This document shows, piece after piece, positions 23,756-27,272 of a stretch of 27,272 bases of DNA. The position numbers and the translations under genes are program-made. The stretch spans positions 1 through 27,272 of IMG/VR virus record IMGVR_UViG_3300031472_000034. The stretch is one strand, 5' to 3'. The notes beneath the pieces were generated by a model. The model worked only from the letters and a program-made list of their open reading frames with translations, did no database searches and had not been told where the DNA came from. Every line of letters starts with the position of its first letter. Position 1 is the first letter of the stretch. This stretch comes from a virus. Its lineage: Duplodnaviria; Caudoviricetes.

Positions 23756-24499
23756 CTACCACCGCTGCGAAGAAGACGAGCCCAACAGCTCTTTTTCTTT
23801 CGCCGCGAACTGCTCGGGCGTCAGGCTGCGCCAATCCGTCTTGTCGCCGATCGGATTTGGTTTCGGTAGCGGCGGCTTCGGATCGCTCGGTTTAGGCGGT
23901 GCGGGCGGCGGATCAGAAGCCGGCGCCGCGAACAGCTCCGGGTACTCTTCCTTCACGCCGCGCACGAATTTGATGACCTCGAGCTCGTCGACTGACCCAT
24001 CGTCCTGAATCTTGAGCGCGCTCATGTCGAGGCGATCGAGAATCTTGACGTTCTTCAAGCCCGACGTGCGCGCGTGATCGCGAACCTCGTTGAAGACCTT
24101 AACGCGAGCGATCTCGGCTCGAGCGTCATCGCGCTCCCGCTCGACTACTTTGCGCTTGTCTTCTTCGCTTTTGGCGATATCCTGAAAGCGCTTCTCGTCT
24201 TCAGCCTTCTTGCGATCCTCGGCCTCGAACCGTTGCTTGAGCTCGTCACGCTCGGACGCGGCCGTCTTGGCACGGGTCCGGTAGTCAGCGTTCTGGCGAC
24301 GTAGCGACTTCGCGTACTCGGCGAGTTCAGCGGCCGTTTTCTTCGATAGGTCGTCGTCGGGCGGATCGCTTGGCGGATCGGCGGGCTTCGGCGGATCTTT
24401 GGGCTTGAGATCAGCCGACGGCTGCGGCGGATCCACTGGCGGATCGTTCTCTCTGAAAATCTGGAGATCAAAATACGGGAACGCGAGCAGGTCGGTCAA
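23756..24499 (-). CDS. Capsid scaffolding protein
   Basis: Pro/Asp-rich N-terminus, YAKSLRRQNADYR, long coiled coil, VKEEYPELF, C-terminal DWRSLTPEQFAAKEKEL; lies between portal and capsid. Confidence 0.85.
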   Translation of the reverse strand: MTDLLAFPYFDLQIFRENDPPVDPPQPSADLKPKDPPKPADPPSDPPDDDLSKKTAAELAEYAKSLRRQNADYRTRAKTAASERDELKQRFEAEDRKKAEDEKRFQDIAKSEEDKRKVVERERDDARAEIARVKVFNEVRDHARTSGLKNVKILDRLDMSALKIQDDGSVDELEVIKFVRGVKEEYPELFAAPASDPPPAPPKPSDPKPPLPKPNPIGDKTDWRSLTPEQFAAKEKELLGSSSSQRW

Positions 24500-24568
24500 T
24501 TCAGTTTTCCGTTTCTCTTCGCTTCAGGCGAAGAAGCGTGGCGCATCAGGCGCCGAGTTCACCGAAGA

Positions 24569-26260
24569 TTAGCCTGGAAGCCCCGTCCTTTCGGGCGAGG
24601 TCGTTGACGATGGAATCTTTGCCGTCTTGTCGGCCTCATCAGCCGCACCGACACTGTCCTGCGGCACGGCCGATTCGTCGGTCGGTCGTGGACCGAGCGC
24701 GCTTCCGCCCGTCCATGGCCCCTTATCTTTGAGGAACGGCTGATTGCCGTACTCAAGTGGCCCGAGGCCGCGCTTCTCGCGGATCTCGTTGACGGTGTAG
24801 ATGCCGGACGCAATCGCTTCGGCATCGATCTTGATCTGCTCCATCTCGGCGCGCATGTCGGCGTCGGTCGAGTCAGCCAAGACGGTTGTCGGCCACTCGC
24901 AGCGCATCCGAGCGCGCGGGTTCGCTTCAACAACATCGTCGATCGCGAGAATGCCAGCCGCACACCCGGCGAGAATCACCCGCACGAGCAACAGAAGCCC
25001 GCGCTGCCCGTAGGCGATACGCTGACGCTTCACGAGCAACCGCAGCATCTGTTGCAGCACCTCAAGCGCTCGGCCTGACATTGCCGGCCCTTCGGTCGAG
25101 GCCGCGTCGGCCTTCATCGCGCCGGCGACCTCAAGGCCCCACTCACGCAGCGTCTTGACGTACGACAGCCCGGTTTCGAGACCGGAGCCCGTCATTTCAA
25201 GCAGGCGCGCTTTGCCCTCAATGACGTTCGAGGCCGAACGGATCGTCTCACCGTTGGGCCCGACGAGCTCACGGCTCTGATTCGAGTCGCCGAACATATC
25301 GATCGTCGAGTTCGCGATGCCGGCGGTCGCGGAGCCGATCTCGCCACGCTCACGAACGAGCAGCGGGTCGGCCGCGTACCGGATCCCGCGACCAATCTGG
25401 GAGAGGATGCGGGCCATCTCGACCTGGATGTCCGCGCAGTCTTCATACGCGCATCGCCCGTCATCGTCTTTGTTGCCAAAGAGCAGACTGCGGAGGTAGA
25501 CCGCGTTGACGATGCCCCAATCGTGGGCAATCGCGGACCGCATCTCCCAGCGGATAATCGTCTCGTTGTAGTCGGCGCCACGAAGCTGCCCGAGGCTTTC
25601 GTAATCGACCGCCGCGAGCGGCTTGTAGTAGATCGTCGCTTGGGCCGTGTAGGCGACCTTTACCCAATACGGAGCATTCGGATCGACATCTTTCGGCATC
25701 GACTCGCCTACCGCAAGTAGATCGGCAGCGGTCGTCGGGTAGACGTACTCGAGCGTCTGAAGAATCTGAGATCCGGTCGTGGCCCATGTCGCCCGGACGA
25801 ACTTGCCCTGAAGGCATGTGAACGTCGGCATCCCGTTCGCGTCAACGTCCACGATGATCGCGCCAGACCCGGACGCTGACTTCTCGTACGCCTCCATCAT
25901 GACGGCGTCGAGCTGACAGTCGATCAGGATCGCGTCGACGTTTTTTTGGTCTTGTGCCGTCTCGGCGTCGCCACGCTCGGGCGAGTTCGTGGAGCCGCAA
26001 GCGATCCGGGCCATCTCGTCGTCGGCCCAGAGCGAGCCTGATGACTGATCGACCACGATGCGCGCGAGGTTGTATTTCACGGACGGGCGCCGTTTTGTCA
26101 GTGGGAGATATTCGCCGTTCGCTTCCTCGACCTCAAACGAGTAACCCAAATCGTCGAAGAACGAGTTATCGAGAAGTCGATCGAGCGCGTTTAGGCGCTT
26201 GTATCGGTTGGATGCGCCGGCGGGCGTACGAAGCGCGTTCGCGATCTCCGAATAGCCCAA
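24569..26260 (-). CDS. Portal protein (SPP1 gp6-like by motifs)
   Basis: 563 aa after terminase; RRPSVKYNLARIVVD, HDWGIV, LSQIGRGIRYAADPLLV, ARLLEM, SGRALE. Confidence 0.85.
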   Translation of the reverse strand: MGYSEIANALRTPAGASNRYKRLNALDRLLDNSFFDDLGYSFEVEEANGEYLPLTKRRPSVKYNLARIVVDQSSGSLWADDEMARIACGSTNSPERGDAETAQDQKNVDAILIDCQLDAVMMEAYEKSASGSGAIIVDVDANGMPTFTCLQGKFVRATWATTGSQILQTLEYVYPTTAADLLAVGESMPKDVDPNAPYWVKVAYTAQATIYYKPLAAVDYESLGQLRGADYNETIIRWEMRSAIAHDWGIVNAVYLRSLLFGNKDDDGRCAYEDCADIQVEMARILSQIGRGIRYAADPLLVRERGEIGSATAGIANSTIDMFGDSNQSRELVGPNGETIRSASNVIEGKARLLEMTGSGLETGLSYVKTLREWGLEVAGAMKADAASTEGPAMSGRALEVLQQMLRLLVKRQRIAYGQRGLLLLVRVILAGCAAGILAIDDVVEANPRARMRCEWPTTVLADSTDADMRAEMEQIKIDAEAIASGIYTVNEIREKRGLGPLEYGNQPFLKDKGPWTGGSALGPRPTDESAVPQDSVGAADEADKTAKIPSSTTSPERTGLPG

Positions 26261-26316
26261 TTGATGACTGCTTTCTTAAACGCACACAAAAGTGCGCGTT
26301 TCGGTTCGCGGCTCAA

Positions 26317-26439
26317 CTACACTGCTTTCCGTGCCGGTTGCCCAGTCGAAAGAGGCTGCGTATCCCCGCGCGTTACTTCGGCCGCGCGTCTTTTGACTTT
26401 GCGGCCGATAACGTTCGCTCGATGCTCAATTGACCACAT
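26317..26439 (-). CDS. Possible 40-aa basic mini-ORF
   Basis: ATG 2 nt after the terminase stop: MWSIEHRANVIGRKVKRRAAEVTRGDTQPLSTGQPARKAV. Confidence 0.25.
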   Translation of the reverse strand: MWSIEHRANVIGRKVKRRAAEVTRGDTQPLSTGQPARKAV

Positions 26440-26441
26440 CT

Positions 26442-27272
26442 CTATCGCGCAAAGAAGTCTCTCCCGTCACGCTTCGCACGCGCCTCGTACTCGCGCTGCG
26501 CACTTTCGGCGATCCGTTTCCGGAACCCGACCGCAAGATACGATGCCGCGTCGACCGCGTCGTGCCCGCTCGCGTGCGAGCCCTTGTCGAGCCCAGACCC
26601 GTTCGCGTTCCACTGCACATTTTCGACGCCTTGAAGCAAAGCCGGGCACTCGTCCATATCGATCGTCGCGCCGAACCCGTCACCCGACTTGAACTGCGCG
26701 TTGAAGTCCATGATCCGGTCCACGACCGGCCCGTTTCCGCTCGGCACCTGGAAGTCGAACTTGATTCCAGCACGCGTCAGCTCGTCAATGATGGTGGACC
26801 AGTTAGACGCAAGCCCGTCGATTTGCGATCGATTCCCACCCGAGGCGTCACCATACAGCACCACGCCGCCATGCCGTTTCGCGAAATCGCCGAACCGAGC
26901 GATGAACTCGCGCACGACATCGAGCGTGCCGGCTGATTGCTTCGGCGCGATCTCGCCGATGTACCGAAGAACGTGCTTCTGCCAGCCAGGCAGGGCTCGT
27001 GAATACCGGTGGCTAGGCGGACGGCTTAGTGTGATCTCGACGCCGTCGTAAATCGTTCGCTGCGACCATGCCTGGGCGATGACCGATCGCTGATAATCGA
27101 TGTTGAAGTCGAGGCTCCACAGCAACGGCTTCGTTTCATCGAACCCGCGCGGGATTTCTTCTGGCGGATCGCAATGCACGTCGCGGTCAAACTCGCGGAT
27201 CGCTCCACCACTCGCGGTCGCCCAGTGCCCGTCAATTTGCGAGGGCCACTGGCTCGGGGGTAGCGCTGACTC
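26442..27272 (-). CDS. terL: Terminase large subunit, C-terminal nuclease domain (5'-truncated by the window edge)
   Basis: Frame is open to the window end (ESALPPSQW...EFDRDVH); RNase H-like motifs LLWSLDFN, VVLYGDASG, GHDAVDAASY; directly upstream of the portal. Confidence 0.88.
   Translation of the reverse strand, partial: ESALPPSQWPSQIDGHWATASGGAIREFDRDVHCDPPEEIPRGFDETKPLLWSLDFNIDYQRSVIAQAWSQRTIYDGVEITLSRPPSHRYSRALPGWQKHVLRYIGEIAPKQSAGTLDVVREFIARFGDFAKRHGGVVLYGDASGGNRSQIDGLASNWSTIIDELTRAGIKFDFQVPSGNGPVVDRIMDFNAQFKSGDGFGATIDMDECPALLQGVENVQWNANGSGLDKGSHASGHDAVDAASYLAVGFRKRIAESAQREYEARAKRDGRDFFAR

Overview
The whole window (high GC, roughly 65% by eye) is the virion-morphogenesis region of a contractile-tailed (myovirus-like) phage or prophage, almost entirely on the minus strand. 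Reading right to left: terminase large subunit (C-terminal part), portal, scaffold, three inserted unknown ORFs, major capsid, head-tail/neck genes, tail terminator-like protein, sheath, tube, a tail-chaperone pair joined by an A_AAA_AAC -1 frameshift site, an HK97-gp10-like protein, tape measure, a membrane moron, tube initiator/LysM, hub, spike, gp25-like wedge, baseplate J, wedge/gpI-like protein and tail fiber. The distal end is the unusual part. The tail fiber carries an apparent cleavable Sec signal peptide and four local Cys pairs. It is followed by a lipoprotein and by a large secreted Pro/Thr-linker protein with a clan GH-A glycoside hydrolase domain; this last ORF runs off the left edge and is missing from the ORF track. 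Together these suggest receptor-binding parts that fold outside the cytoplasm. The leaders of the scaffold, capsid and sheath genes carry recurring hairpins and anti-SD stems, and an IS200/IS605 right-end-like hairpin sits among the neck genes. No integrase, lysis or replication genes are recognisable. All family calls come from motifs, synteny and recalled family features, not from database searches.
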